Below are positions 47,073-56,596 of a stretch of DNA of 64,000 nt, one piece after another. Both the position numbers and the translations under genes were made by a program. The notes under the pieces are model-generated. The model was not told where the DNA came from, did not search any database, and was given only the letters and a program-made list of their open reading frames with translations. Source of the DNA: Patescibacteria group bacterium (GTDB lineage Bacteria; Patescibacteriota; CPR2; UBA1875). The stretch's first letter is position 1; the number at the start of each line of letters is the position of its first letter. The stretch spans positions 118 to 64,117 of the forward strand of contig JBGSRK010000014.1 in NCBI GenBank assembly GCA_041737595.1, in the 5' to 3' direction.

Positions 47073-49022
47073 TCATTTTTTTAGAGCGCCAAGAAGATTT
47101 TTCTTTGAACGTATCCAGGCAAGTAGTCCACCCGAAAGTGTCATAGATGCACCGGCAGCCCCGGCAGTTTCAATTGGACCAGAAACTGGAAGAGTTTCTC
47201 CCCCACTTGGTGGTGTTACAGGAGGTGTTATAGGAGGTGTTGTTATTCTTTGGTTACCAAATACTGTAACTTCAGTTTCTCCTTCTTCTATCTCTCTTGA
47301 AAGGGTTATCCCTGTAGTATTAATCCAGTCATCCCTTAAAACTTCAGTAACTGTATATTCACCAGGTTCGAGATCAGTTAGCTCTGCAAAACCATTAGAA
47401 TCAGTAGTTAGTGTTTCTCGGAAATTTGGACCAGTTACTATAAACTGCCATCCAGCTAAATTTTGTTCTCCATTATCTTGAATTCTATTATTATTAGCAT
47501 CTTCAAATTTATATACTTGAAGATTAGATTTTAGCGGAATTCTTTGGTTACCAAACACAACAGTAGTATCACCTGAAAGACGTACATCAACAGTACCAGA
47601 AGTAGTAATTCTCCATCCTGACTGTTCAATTTCTCTAACTGTATATGTACCTGCAAGCAAATTACTTAGTGTTGCAACCCCTGAAGTATTGGTAGTAATA
47701 GTTTGATCAACATTATTACCCGTTACTCTAAACTGCCAACCTGATATTAATGGTTCAGTTAAATTTTCTCTAGAACCATTCCCATTAACATCATTAAACT
47801 TTTGAACATTTAAAGAGTATCTAAGCGGAATTCTTTGATTACCAAACACAACTGTAGTATTACCAGCAACATTTACATTTACAGTACCTGAAGTAGTAAT
47901 TCTCCATCCTGACTGCTCAATTTCTCTAACAGTATAACTACCAGCTGTAAGATTACTTAGTGTTGCAATACCAGAGCTATTAGTGGTAATTGTTCGATCG
48001 ATACCATTCCCTGTTACTCTAAACTGCCAATTTGGTAAAAGTGCTTCTGAAGAAATTTCACGAGTTCCATTACCATTAACATCATTAAACTTTTGAACTG
48101 TTAATGTATATGCGGCAGGAAGTATTCTTTGGTTACCAAACACTCTACCAATTCTTGCTCCTGCGGCTCCTGAGGCCACAAGTGTTTGAGGATTTTGAGT
48201 TGTAACTCTATAACCACTCGGTACCGATTCAGCGATAGTATATGTTCCTCCGGCCATACCATAAAACCATGCATAACCCATTGAATCTGTTACTGCGGTT
48301 TTATTTACTCCGTTACCAGTTAGCCTAAATGTTACGCCTTGGTGTCTTTGGTTTTCATTTGAATCCCAATGACCATTCCCATTAGCATCAATAAATTTAA
48401 GAGCATAAAGTCTATATGTTGGAGCAGGAGCTAAAATTTTACCAGGGACTATATTCCCACAAGATTTAATAATAGCCATTCTAAAAGAGCCATCAGTATT
48501 TAGGTATATGAAGGCCGGGATTGAATTTGAAATAAAACTTTGAGCAGGATGTCTTAAATATAGTGGATAGCTTATACCAGAAACTTGGGTAGACCCTGAT
48601 GTCCAATGTCTCCCCATAGAATAAACATTAGAAGCAATTGTTTTCCCGTTTAATACAACAGTATTTGATTTTGTGACATATCCTTCTTTAAGTTTCCCAT
48701 AGTCAGCAACATTGTAACCAAATTTATTATATAAGGCAGTTAGTTGTGTAGCGGACTGATTTGTTCTTCCGGTACCATTTCTTATTTTATTATTTAATTC
48801 TGTTGTAGTTAAAGTCCCACAATAAATAACAGCATTATCATCACAATCTCGTCCACTACCACCATTTACTATTAAAGGGGAAATTAATACACCAGAAAGT
48901 AAAGCTACTGAAAGTACCACAAACATTTTTTTAAATATATTTTTCATACCCAACTCTTTCTGCCAAGACCTACTAATTTTTACTTGACTTATGAGTATAT
49001 CATACCAAACAAACCTTGTCAA
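47073..49022 (-). CDS. Large surface protein and candidate sortase substrate. It has a signal peptide and an N-terminal domain shared with 23938..25065, then five prealbumin/SdrD-B-like repeats, then C-terminal LPVSG followed by a hydrophobic stretch and the basic tail RSKKN.
   Basis: The C-terminus ...ETLPVSGPIETAGAAGASMTLSGGLLAWIRSKKN fits a cell-wall sorting signal. Repeat motifs WQFRVTGN...YTVREIEQSGWRITT. Confidence 0.7.
   Translation of the reverse strand: MTRFVWYDILISQVKISRSWQKELGMKNIFKKMFVVLSVALLSGVLISPLIVNGGSGRDCDDNAVIYCGTLTTTELNNKIRNGTGRTNQSATQLTALYNKFGYNVADYGKLKEGYVTKSNTVVLNGKTIASNVYSMGRHWTSGSTQVSGISYPLYLRHPAQSFISNSIPAFIYLNTDGSFRMAIIKSCGNIVPGKILAPAPTYRLYALKFIDANGNGHWDSNENQRHQGVTFRLTGNGVNKTAVTDSMGYAWFYGMAGGTYTIAESVPSGYRVTTQNPQTLVASGAAGARIGRVFGNQRILPAAYTLTVQKFNDVNGNGTREISSEALLPNWQFRVTGNGIDRTITTNSSGIATLSNLTAGSYTVREIEQSGWRITTSGTVNVNVAGNTTVVFGNQRIPLRYSLNVQKFNDVNGNGSRENLTEPLISGWQFRVTGNNVDQTITTNTSGVATLSNLLAGTYTVREIEQSGWRITTSGTVDVRLSGDTTVVFGNQRIPLKSNLQVYKFEDANNNRIQDNGEQNLAGWQFIVTGPNFRETLTTDSNGFAELTDLEPGEYTVTEVLRDDWINTTGITLSREIEEGETEVTVFGNQRITTPPITPPVTPPSGGETLPVSGPIETAGAAGASMTLSGGLLAWIRSKKNLLGALKK
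47530..48130 (-). repeat. Tandem in-frame DNA repeats of about 290 bp that encode the repeated beta-sandwich domains of the surface protein.
   Basis: Recurring ggaattctttggttaccaaacaca at about 47534, 47824 and 48123, and gtagtaattctccatcctgactg in each unit. Confidence 0.6.
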
Positions 49023-49087
49023 TAGTAAAAACTAATATATGAATATTAACATGATAATCGTCACTATTATATGTAAAAATAACTAAA

Positions 49088-49777
49088 TTATATTAAAAAT
49101 ATCATCCCAATACCTAGTGAAATCATTAAAATTGCAAGTAATAAGTGCATTTTTCTACCCATGCGTTCTTGCCAATTAATAAATCTTTCAGTTAATATTT
49201 TATTAGAAGCAACTCCTAAAATTATTAATAATGGAGAAACAAACATTAAATTATAAAGACCTAAATAAATCATTCCCGATATAACAGTAGTCTTAAATTT
49301 TAAATACGTTAATATCCCAATGTATACTGAACCAGAACATGGGAGTTCAGAGGCTGCTATGATTACACCTAAAATTATAGCGGAAAAAATATCAGCTTTA
49401 AAAGCAAGTTTACTTGCCATTTCTCTAATTTTAAATGGGATTCTTAATGTTGGCCCTAAATTTGGGAAAAAATATTCCTTAATATTTAAAACACCAAAAA
49501 ATATTGTTAATATCGCTGCTATAAATATCATATACCCAGAAATATTATTAGTAGATAATTTAGTTAAAAGGCCAAGGAGTTGATAATAGAAAAGTCCAAT
49601 AATAAAATATGTTACAAATACAGAAGCAACATATGTTAACCCAAAGCCTAAAATTTCTCTTCTTGACTTTCCAATCGTGAAAAGAACAGAAATAAATAAC
49701 AAAATTACTGAGATTGCACACGGGTTAAAAGAATCTAACAATCCAGTTGATAATACTAATGGTAATGTTACATTCAT
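49088..49777 (-). CDS. CcdA/DsbD-family thiol-disulfide transporter membrane protein.
   Basis: FNPCAISVILLF CxxC-like TM motif and a second Cys pair ELPCSGSV. Six TM helices. Confidence 0.7.
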   Translation of the reverse strand: MNVTLPLVLSTGLLDSFNPCAISVILLFISVLFTIGKSRREILGFGLTYVASVFVTYFIIGLFYYQLLGLLTKLSTNNISGYMIFIAAILTIFFGVLNIKEYFFPNLGPTLRIPFKIREMASKLAFKADIFSAIILGVIIAASELPCSGSVYIGILTYLKFKTTVISGMIYLGLYNLMFVSPLLIILGVASNKILTERFINWQERMGRKMHLLLAILMISLGIGMIFLI

Positions 49778-52380
49778 TTTTCATTTCTCCCATGGCACTT
49801 TTTATATTTTTTCCCACTTCCACATGGGCAAGGTTCATTCCTGCCAATTTTTTTACTGTTAGTATGATCTACTTCTTTTGGAATATCGTTTGTTTTTTCA
49901 TTGCTATCATTAGGGTTAGAAACATTTATACTAACCTTAAAAAATGAGTTAACAATTTCAGATTGGATGGCAGAAAGTAATTTTTGGAACATACCAAATG
50001 ATTCATTCTTATATTCTACTAATGGGTCCTTTTGACCATATCCACGAAGCCCAATCCCCTCTCTCAAATGTTCCATAGCATCAATATGATCAATCCATAA
50101 CATATCAACAGTTTTTAAATATAAAGCATGTTCAAGAATACGCATAATTTTACTTGATATTTCTTTTTCTTTGTTTATATAACCTTCTGAAAATATTTGG
50201 ATCAAAAACTCTTTTGATTTTTCAACATCTTTTGTTTTAAGTAAATCTAATTGAGAATTAGAAATATTTGGCATTATACTTTTTGCAACCTCAGAGACTT
50301 TTTCAGTATCTAATTCTTGCGTTTCTACAGATATAAATGAATTAACTATATTTTCAGATTCCTTTTTAAAATAATCAATAAAATCATCTTTAAGAGACTC
50401 GGCGTTAATTGCCTCTCTTCTTTTATTATAGATGTATTCTCTTTGTTTATTTGCAATATCATCATATTCGACCAAATGTTTCCTTGTATCAAAATTTTGG
50501 CCCTCAACTCTCTTTTGAGCCTGCTCTAGAGACTTTGTAATAATTGAATGAGTAATAGGTGTATCATCTGGAAGCCCAAGAGTGTCCATCATAGTTTTAA
50601 CTTTATCAGAACCAAATATTCTCATTAAATCATCTTCAAGAGAAACAAAAAATTGTGTTGAGCCTGGGTCTCCTTGTCGACCAGCCCTACCACGAAGCTG
50701 ATTATCAATTCTTCTGGATTCATGTCTTTCTGTACCGATAATATGTAGCCCACCAACCTCAATAACCCCATCACCTAATAAAATATCCGTACCTCTCCCG
50801 GCCATATTTGTTGCAACAGTTACAGCACTCTTTTGACCTGCATTTTCAATAATCATTGCTTCTTTTTCATGATTTTTTGCATTTAAAACTTCATGCTTTA
50901 TACCTTCTCTATTCAAAAGGTCTGATAATATTTCATTTTTATCAATAGAAACAGTTCCAACAAGTACTGGCTGTCCTTTTGAATGTCGTTCCTTAATATC
51001 TTTAACAACAGCAAGAAATTTTGCTTTTTCGTTTTTGTAAATAACATCTCCAATATCCTTTCTTATCATTGGCCTATTAGTTGGCATTACAATAACATCA
51101 AGGTTATATATTTTATGAAATTCCTCAGCCTCAGTAACTGCAGTTCCTGTCATCCCAGAAATCTTTACATATAATCTGAAATAATTTTGAAAAGAGATTG
51201 TTGCAAGGGTAATAGATTCTTGCTTAATTTGAACACCTTCTTTAGCCTCAATTGCTTGATGAAGCCCCTCAGAATATCTTCTTCCTTCCATAAGTCGTCC
51301 AGTAAATTCATCAACAATAACTATTTCACCGTTTTTTATGACATAATCTTTATCATTTTTAAATAATGCTTCAGCTTTTAATGCCTGTTCAATGTGATGA
51401 ACATTTTCAATCCCATATGCTTCATATATATTTTCTATACCAAGTAGCTTCTCCATATGGGAGATCCCTTCATCAGTTAATGTTGCTGCATGCATTTTTT
51501 CATCTACAACAAAATCTTTTTCCGGTGTTAATTGTGTAACTAATTTTGCAAACTCATAATATTTATTTGTTGCTTCTTCTGCCGGGGCAGAAATAATTAA
51601 CGGGGTTCTTGATTCATCAATAAGAATTGAATCTACTTCATCAACAATCGCAAAATGAAGGGGTCTTTGGACCATTTGGTCATTGTTCTGGGCCATATTA
51701 TCTCTTAAATAATCGAAACCAAATTCATTATTTGTACCATAAGTAATATCAGTGTAATATGCTTCTTTGCGAGTTATTTCTCTTAAATTTTTTGTTTTTT
51801 CGTCTAATGAATCTTTATTATCAATAGTTTTATCAAAAATATATGCTTTATTATGAATAATTGTAGAGGTTGAGAGACCTAAAAAATCGTAAATACGTCC
51901 CATCCAACCCGCATCACGTTTTGCAAGATAATCATTTACAGTAATTATATGTATACCTTTGCCACAAAGTGCATTTAAGGAAGCAGAAAGTGTTGCAACT
52001 AAGGTTTTCCCCTCCCCTGTTCTCATCTCAGCTATCTTCCCATTATTAAGAACAATACCTCCCATCAACTGAACATCATAATGACGTTGACCTATAGTTC
52101 TTTTAGCAGCTTCACGTGTAAGCGCAAATACCTCAACAAGATATTTATCTAAAATATCAAGTTCAACTTTTTTTAATGATTCTTTATCTTTCGTTTTATT
52201 CTTATCATTTTCTAACTCTTTAATAACTTCATCTTTTATTTCCTGATATCTATCTTTAATTTTTATATCAGAAAGTTTTTGGATTTTATCTTCCAAATGA
52301 TTTATTTCAGCTACTTTTGGCTCTAATTTTATTACTTCTTTGGCATTTGGGTCACCAAAGATTTTACTGAATAGTGACAT
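49774..52380 (-). CDS. secA: Preprotein translocase ATPase SecA.
   Basis: Length 868 aa. DEAD-like motor motifs MRTGEGKTLVATL and DEVDSILIDE. C-terminal zinc finger CPCGSGKKYKKCHG. Confidence 0.95.
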   Translation of the reverse strand: MSLFSKIFGDPNAKEVIKLEPKVAEINHLEDKIQKLSDIKIKDRYQEIKDEVIKELENDKNKTKDKESLKKVELDILDKYLVEVFALTREAAKRTIGQRHYDVQLMGGIVLNNGKIAEMRTGEGKTLVATLSASLNALCGKGIHIITVNDYLAKRDAGWMGRIYDFLGLSTSTIIHNKAYIFDKTIDNKDSLDEKTKNLREITRKEAYYTDITYGTNNEFGFDYLRDNMAQNNDQMVQRPLHFAIVDEVDSILIDESRTPLIISAPAEEATNKYYEFAKLVTQLTPEKDFVVDEKMHAATLTDEGISHMEKLLGIENIYEAYGIENVHHIEQALKAEALFKNDKDYVIKNGEIVIVDEFTGRLMEGRRYSEGLHQAIEAKEGVQIKQESITLATISFQNYFRLYVKISGMTGTAVTEAEEFHKIYNLDVIVMPTNRPMIRKDIGDVIYKNEKAKFLAVVKDIKERHSKGQPVLVGTVSIDKNEILSDLLNREGIKHEVLNAKNHEKEAMIIENAGQKSAVTVATNMAGRGTDILLGDGVIEVGGLHIIGTERHESRRIDNQLRGRAGRQGDPGSTQFFVSLEDDLMRIFGSDKVKTMMDTLGLPDDTPITHSIITKSLEQAQKRVEGQNFDTRKHLVEYDDIANKQREYIYNKRREAINAESLKDDFIDYFKKESENIVNSFISVETQELDTEKVSEVAKSIMPNISNSQLDLLKTKDVEKSKEFLIQIFSEGYINKEKEISSKIMRILEHALYLKTVDMLWIDHIDAMEHLREGIGLRGYGQKDPLVEYKNESFGMFQKLLSAIQSEIVNSFFKVSINVSNPNDSNEKTNDIPKEVDHTNSKKIGRNEPCPCGSGKKYKKCHGRNEK

Positions 52381-52381
52381 A

Positions 52382-52729
52382 TTATTTTCCGAAAAAGTTT
52401 TTTACCCAGTTTTTGGCCTGATGTATTTTATTGGGTGTATTTTTTTCTTTAACCTTTCTTAATTGTTGTTGTAATTTACCTACGACCATATCAATAGCAG
52501 TAAAAATATCTTTTGAATATTCTTCAGCAAAAAGATCATTCCCGGGAATCAAAATTTTTACTTTACAACCATATTTAACATTTGGTGTATCACTCCCATG
52601 TTCTTCAAGGGCTACTTCAGCTTTAACTATATTCCTATAATATTTTTCTAGTCGACCAATTTTTTCTGCAGCATAGTCTCTTGTTTTTTTGTCCATCTCA
52701 AAATGTACATTTCTTATATCAATTTTCAT
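52382..52729 (-). CDS. hpf: Ribosome hibernation promoting factor (short HPF/RaiA).
   Basis: MKIDIRNVHFEMDKKTRDYAAEKIGRLEKYY matches the family N-terminus. Confidence 0.8.
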   Translation of the reverse strand: MKIDIRNVHFEMDKKTRDYAAEKIGRLEKYYRNIVKAEVALEEHGSDTPNVKYGCKVKILIPGNDLFAEEYSKDIFTAIDMVVGKLQQQLRKVKEKNTPNKIHQAKNWVKNFFGK

Positions 52730-52741
52730 AGTTCTCCTTTT

Positions 52742-53977
52742 TTATATAATTTTCTTAAATCCAGTATATTTTTGTAAGACATCTGGAATTGTGATTGAAC
52801 CATCTTTATTTTGATAATTTTCAATAATCGAAATAATCATTCTACCAATAGCAAAGGCTGTGCCATTTAATGTATGTACAAAAAATTTATCTCCATCAGA
52901 ATTGCGATATTTAATATTTAAGCGTCTAGCCTGAAAATCCGTACAATTTGAGGTAGAATGTGTTTCTCTATATTTATTTTGTGATGGTACCCAACATTCA
53001 ATGTCAAATTTTTTTGCAGCAGGTAACCCTAAGTCTGCGGTGCAAATATTTAAAACTTGATAAGGTAATTTTAAACCTTTAACTAGTTTTTCCTCTATTG
53101 ATAGTAAAAAATCATGTTCTTTTCCGGAATCTTCTGGTCTTGAATAGGTAAACATCTCAATTTTATCGAATTGATGCATTCTTAAAATGCCTTTAGTATC
53201 TTTTCCATAAGAGCCAGCTTCTCGACGAAAACAGCTTGAAAAAGCAGCATATCTGAGAGGTAATTGGGATTCATTAAAAACCTCCCCAGCGTGCATTGGC
53301 CCAACAGATTGTTCAGATGTTCCTACAAGATACATATCATCTTTATTTAGATAATATATTTCATCGTCCCCACCATGTTCAAGATAGCCCATTGCTGCCA
53401 TAGATTCGCTTTTAATTATTACTGGTGGGAAAACTGGGATAAAACCTTCTTTTATTAAGATATCAAATGCATAATTTATTAATGCAAGTTCAATCTGTGC
53501 AATTTTACCCTTAAGATAAACAAACCTAGAGCCAGAAACATTAGAACCTCTACCTAAATCAATTTCTTTAGAATTTTCCGTTAATTCAATATGATTTTTA
53601 GGTTTAAAATCAAATTTAGTTGGAACACCCTCTGTTCTTAATACACTATTTTCACCATCACCTTTGCCAATAATTACCTCAGGAAGCGCTGGATTAGGTA
53701 TTGACCTCATGATTTCATTCCACTGTTTTTCAATTGGGGACAACTCTTTCTCTATTTTTTCTAATTTAATTTTTGATTCCTTAATCAATTTAATTTCAGT
53801 ATCTGTAGGTTTTCCAGCTTGTTTTTTTGAACTCCTGAGTTTATCCCTTTTTAATATTAAATCTACCCTTTTTTTATCCAAAATCAAAAGTTTATTAATA
53901 TCAACCTTTGCGCCTTTATCTAGAGATGATTTTTCTACTAATTTAGGGTTTTCTCTAATATATTTTATATCAAGCAT
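52742..53977 (-). CDS. serS: Seryl-tRNA synthetase.
   Basis: N-terminal coiled-coil arm. Class II motifs FRREAGS and GTAFAIGR. Confidence 0.9.
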   Translation of the reverse strand: MLDIKYIRENPKLVEKSSLDKGAKVDINKLLILDKKRVDLILKRDKLRSSKKQAGKPTDTEIKLIKESKIKLEKIEKELSPIEKQWNEIMRSIPNPALPEVIIGKGDGENSVLRTEGVPTKFDFKPKNHIELTENSKEIDLGRGSNVSGSRFVYLKGKIAQIELALINYAFDILIKEGFIPVFPPVIIKSESMAAMGYLEHGGDDEIYYLNKDDMYLVGTSEQSVGPMHAGEVFNESQLPLRYAAFSSCFRREAGSYGKDTKGILRMHQFDKIEMFTYSRPEDSGKEHDFLLSIEEKLVKGLKLPYQVLNICTADLGLPAAKKFDIECWVPSQNKYRETHSTSNCTDFQARRLNIKYRNSDGDKFFVHTLNGTAFAIGRMIISIIENYQNKDGSITIPDVLQKYTGFKKII

Positions 53978-54188
53978 GAATAGATTATAACGTAATTTTA
54001 ATTATTTTTGAATATCAAAAATCCCACACAATTGTGTAGGATTTACTTGGGGATTTATGATTACGAGGGGGAATTACCCCCGGTGGACCAAAACCTTTTT
54101 ACGGGCAGGTCAACTAAATCTAATATATAACATTGCATTGAATAAGTTAATGTCAGAAAACACAAAAAATACCAATAAAGTTTGGAAA

Positions 54189-55709
54189 TTATTTCTTATT
54201 AGGTTTCATTAGAGGAAATATTTGTGTTTCTCGGGCAGGTTTATTTGAAAGAAATGAAAATAGTCTTTCTGATACTCCAAAACCAAATGTTGGGGGCATA
54301 CCATACTCAAGTGCTTCAACAAAATCATGATCATACATTTGAGCCTCTTCGTCACCTTGCTCTCTTAATTTTTGTTGTTCTGTAAACCTTCCGGCTTGGT
54401 CTACTGGGTCATTGAGTTCTGAAAACCCTTTACCCATTTCTGATCCTGCAAGAATAACCTGAAATCTTTGTACTAAGTTATTATTATCTGTTTTTCTTTT
54501 TGCTAATGGCTCAATACTAACAGGAACATCAACTAAAAACCCAGGACCGGCTATATTTTTACGACAATATTTCCAAAGATTATCAATCCCTCGATTAAAG
54601 TTGAAGCCCTTATTATCATAATTAATTTTTAGCTCATTAAGTTTATTTTTAATTTCTACAGTAGTAGTTTTTTCAATATCAATTTTAGTATATTTCTTTA
54701 TTATTTCGCGGAATTTATAAATTTCCCATTTTTTATTAAGATTTATATTAAAATCACCTATTTTAAATTGATATGTACCAAACGTTTCCTTGGCAAGTTT
54801 TTTATACAGTTTTTCAACTAATTTCATACCTTCATTATAATCAGAATATGCCATATAAAATTCCATTTGAGTATAATCTTGTAAATGCTCATGACTCATG
54901 CCTTCATTCCTAAATATTCTTCCAATCTCAAAGGTTCTTTCAAGACCTGCAACCATTAACCTTTTTTGCCATAATTCACCACAAGATATTCTTAAAAAAA
55001 CATCAATATCAAGGGCATTATGGTGTGAAACAAAGGGCCTTGCGTCTGCACCACCTGTAACTGTTTCTATAATTGGTGTTTCAACTTCTAAAAAATTCAT
55101 ATCTAAAAGAAAGTTTCTCATTGTTTGCCAAAATTTAGATCTTTTTACCACCATATCCTGGATTTCTGAATTTGTAATAATATCAAGGTACCTTTTTCTA
55201 AGTCTTAGTTCTTCATCCTTAAGACCATGGAATTTCTCTGGAAGTGGTCTCAGAGACTTAGAGAGCATTCTAAATCCAGATACATCCACAGATATTTCTC
55301 CGGCCTTAGTTTTAAAAACAACACCTTGGGCTTCAATAAAATCACCCATATCAAATTTACGGAGTACCTTATATTTTTGTTTCCCTAAATTATCTTCTTT
55401 GAAGGCTAGCTGTATTTCACCAGAATAATCTTTAATAGTTGTAAAAGAAATTTTCCCATGTGATCTTAATGTCATAATTCTACCAACTACAAAAACTTTT
55501 TTTGTTTTAAATTTATTAAATGAATTAGTAATTTCACTATTATAATTAGTCCTTTTACCAGTAGATGGATAAGGGTCAACTCCTAAGTCTTTTAATAAAT
55601 TTAACTTTTGAATTCTTTCGTTATATATTTGTTTTTCAGTTTTTCCTTCATTCATAATAAAAATAGTATCAAAAAACTGGCTAACTTGCCAGCTTTTTGA
55701 CTCTCTCAA
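54189..55709 (-). CDS. lysS: Lysyl-tRNA synthetase (class II). The start is probably at the internal MNEGKTEK near 55652.
   Basis: OB anticodon-binding domain. Class II motifs FRNEGMSHEHLQDYTQME and GGADARPF. Confidence 0.9.
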   Translation of the reverse strand: MRESKSWQVSQFFDTIFIMNEGKTEKQIYNERIQKLNLLKDLGVDPYPSTGKRTNYNSEITNSFNKFKTKKVFVVGRIMTLRSHGKISFTTIKDYSGEIQLAFKEDNLGKQKYKVLRKFDMGDFIEAQGVVFKTKAGEISVDVSGFRMLSKSLRPLPEKFHGLKDEELRLRKRYLDIITNSEIQDMVVKRSKFWQTMRNFLLDMNFLEVETPIIETVTGGADARPFVSHHNALDIDVFLRISCGELWQKRLMVAGLERTFEIGRIFRNEGMSHEHLQDYTQMEFYMAYSDYNEGMKLVEKLYKKLAKETFGTYQFKIGDFNINLNKKWEIYKFREIIKKYTKIDIEKTTTVEIKNKLNELKINYDNKGFNFNRGIDNLWKYCRKNIAGPGFLVDVPVSIEPLAKRKTDNNNLVQRFQVILAGSEMGKGFSELNDPVDQAGRFTEQQKLREQGDEEAQMYDHDFVEALEYGMPPTFGFGVSERLFSFLSNKPARETQIFPLMKPNKK

Positions 55710-55721
55710 ATCCTATAATGT

Positions 55722-56186
55722 CTACGAAATTTTTTTGATTTTATATTTCATTACCCCTGCTGGGACAGTAACTTCTACTTCTTCACCTTTTTTCTTACCA
55801 ATTAATGCTTGACCAATTGGAGATTCATTTGAAATATAACCTTTTGCTGGGTCAGCCTCAGTTGAGCCTACAATTTTGTATTTAAGTTCTCTGTCTGAAG
55901 CTTCCAAGTGAACAGTACATCCTACATTAACAAGGTCACAAACCATATTTGATTCATCAATAATTTGAGCATTTTTTAAAATATGTTCAACTTCAATAAT
56001 TCTTCCTTCTACAAATGATTGTTGTTCTTTTGCATCAGAATATTCAGAATTCTCTGCCAGGTCTCCATACTCTTTTGCAGTTTTTATTCTATCGGCTACT
56101 ACTTTTCTTTCTTTAGTCAAAAGATTCTCAAGTTCTACCTTAAGATTTTCATAGCCTTCTTTTGTTAAATACATTGTTTTTTCCAT
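55722..56186 (-). CDS. greA: Transcription elongation factor GreA.
   Basis: YLTKEGYENLKVELENL ... ISNESPIGQALIGKKKGEEVEV. Confidence 0.9.
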   Translation of the reverse strand: MEKTMYLTKEGYENLKVELENLLTKERKVVADRIKTAKEYGDLAENSEYSDAKEQQSFVEGRIIEVEHILKNAQIIDESNMVCDLVNVGCTVHLEASDRELKYKIVGSTEADPAKGYISNESPIGQALIGKKKGEEVEVTVPAGVMKYKIKKIS

Positions 56187-56208
56187 AATTTTTCCTTGTT
56201 TTTAGAGT

Positions 56209-56245
56209 AAAAAAAACACAGACTTTTCGCTTTCTGTCTTTTGTG
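56209..56245 (-). terminator. Leader hairpin with U-tract immediately upstream of the greA RBS. It could be an attenuator or leader small-RNA terminator.
   Basis: Minus strand reads acagaaagcgaaaagtctgt followed by gttttttttt, then aaggaaaaatt ATG. Confidence 0.4.
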
Positions 56246-56596
56246 CTTAGTCATTTTATTTAATAGTCAATCAATTGTCAAGTCTATTTTAAAATAAATT
56301 TATATATTTATTTAGTAGGTTTTATAAAATTCTCGCTAAAGATTTTTGATTCAAGATCATTAAAAATTTTTAAGACTGAAAATTCTAATTTTGTTTGATT
56401 ATTTGTAAGTTCTAATTTTTTTATAACAATTTTGCCTAAATACTTATATTTATAATCACAAAATTCCAATGGAACATTAATTGAAAATATTCTTTGACCT
56501 TCTTTAATAATTGAATATAATTTTTTTCCTTCAATCCTAGAATATTAAAATTTTTAGGTAAAACTAGTAATGAATTAATTTCTATTGGAAATCCCA

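Noticed and set aside
47035-47481. Plus-strand 148-aa ORF antisense to the surface-protein gene.
   Set aside because: It is antisense to a well-supported gene. It begins inside a palindromic terminator and is Pro/Ser/Val-rich.
56290-56545. Minus-strand open frame of about 83 codons with a protein-like sequence (…INVPLEFCDYKYKYLGKIVIKKLELTNNQTKLEFSVLKIF…) in the glyQS-greA spacer.
   Set aside because: There is no ATG, GTG or TTG start and no RBS. It may be a pseudogene remnant, and it is not supportable as a gene.
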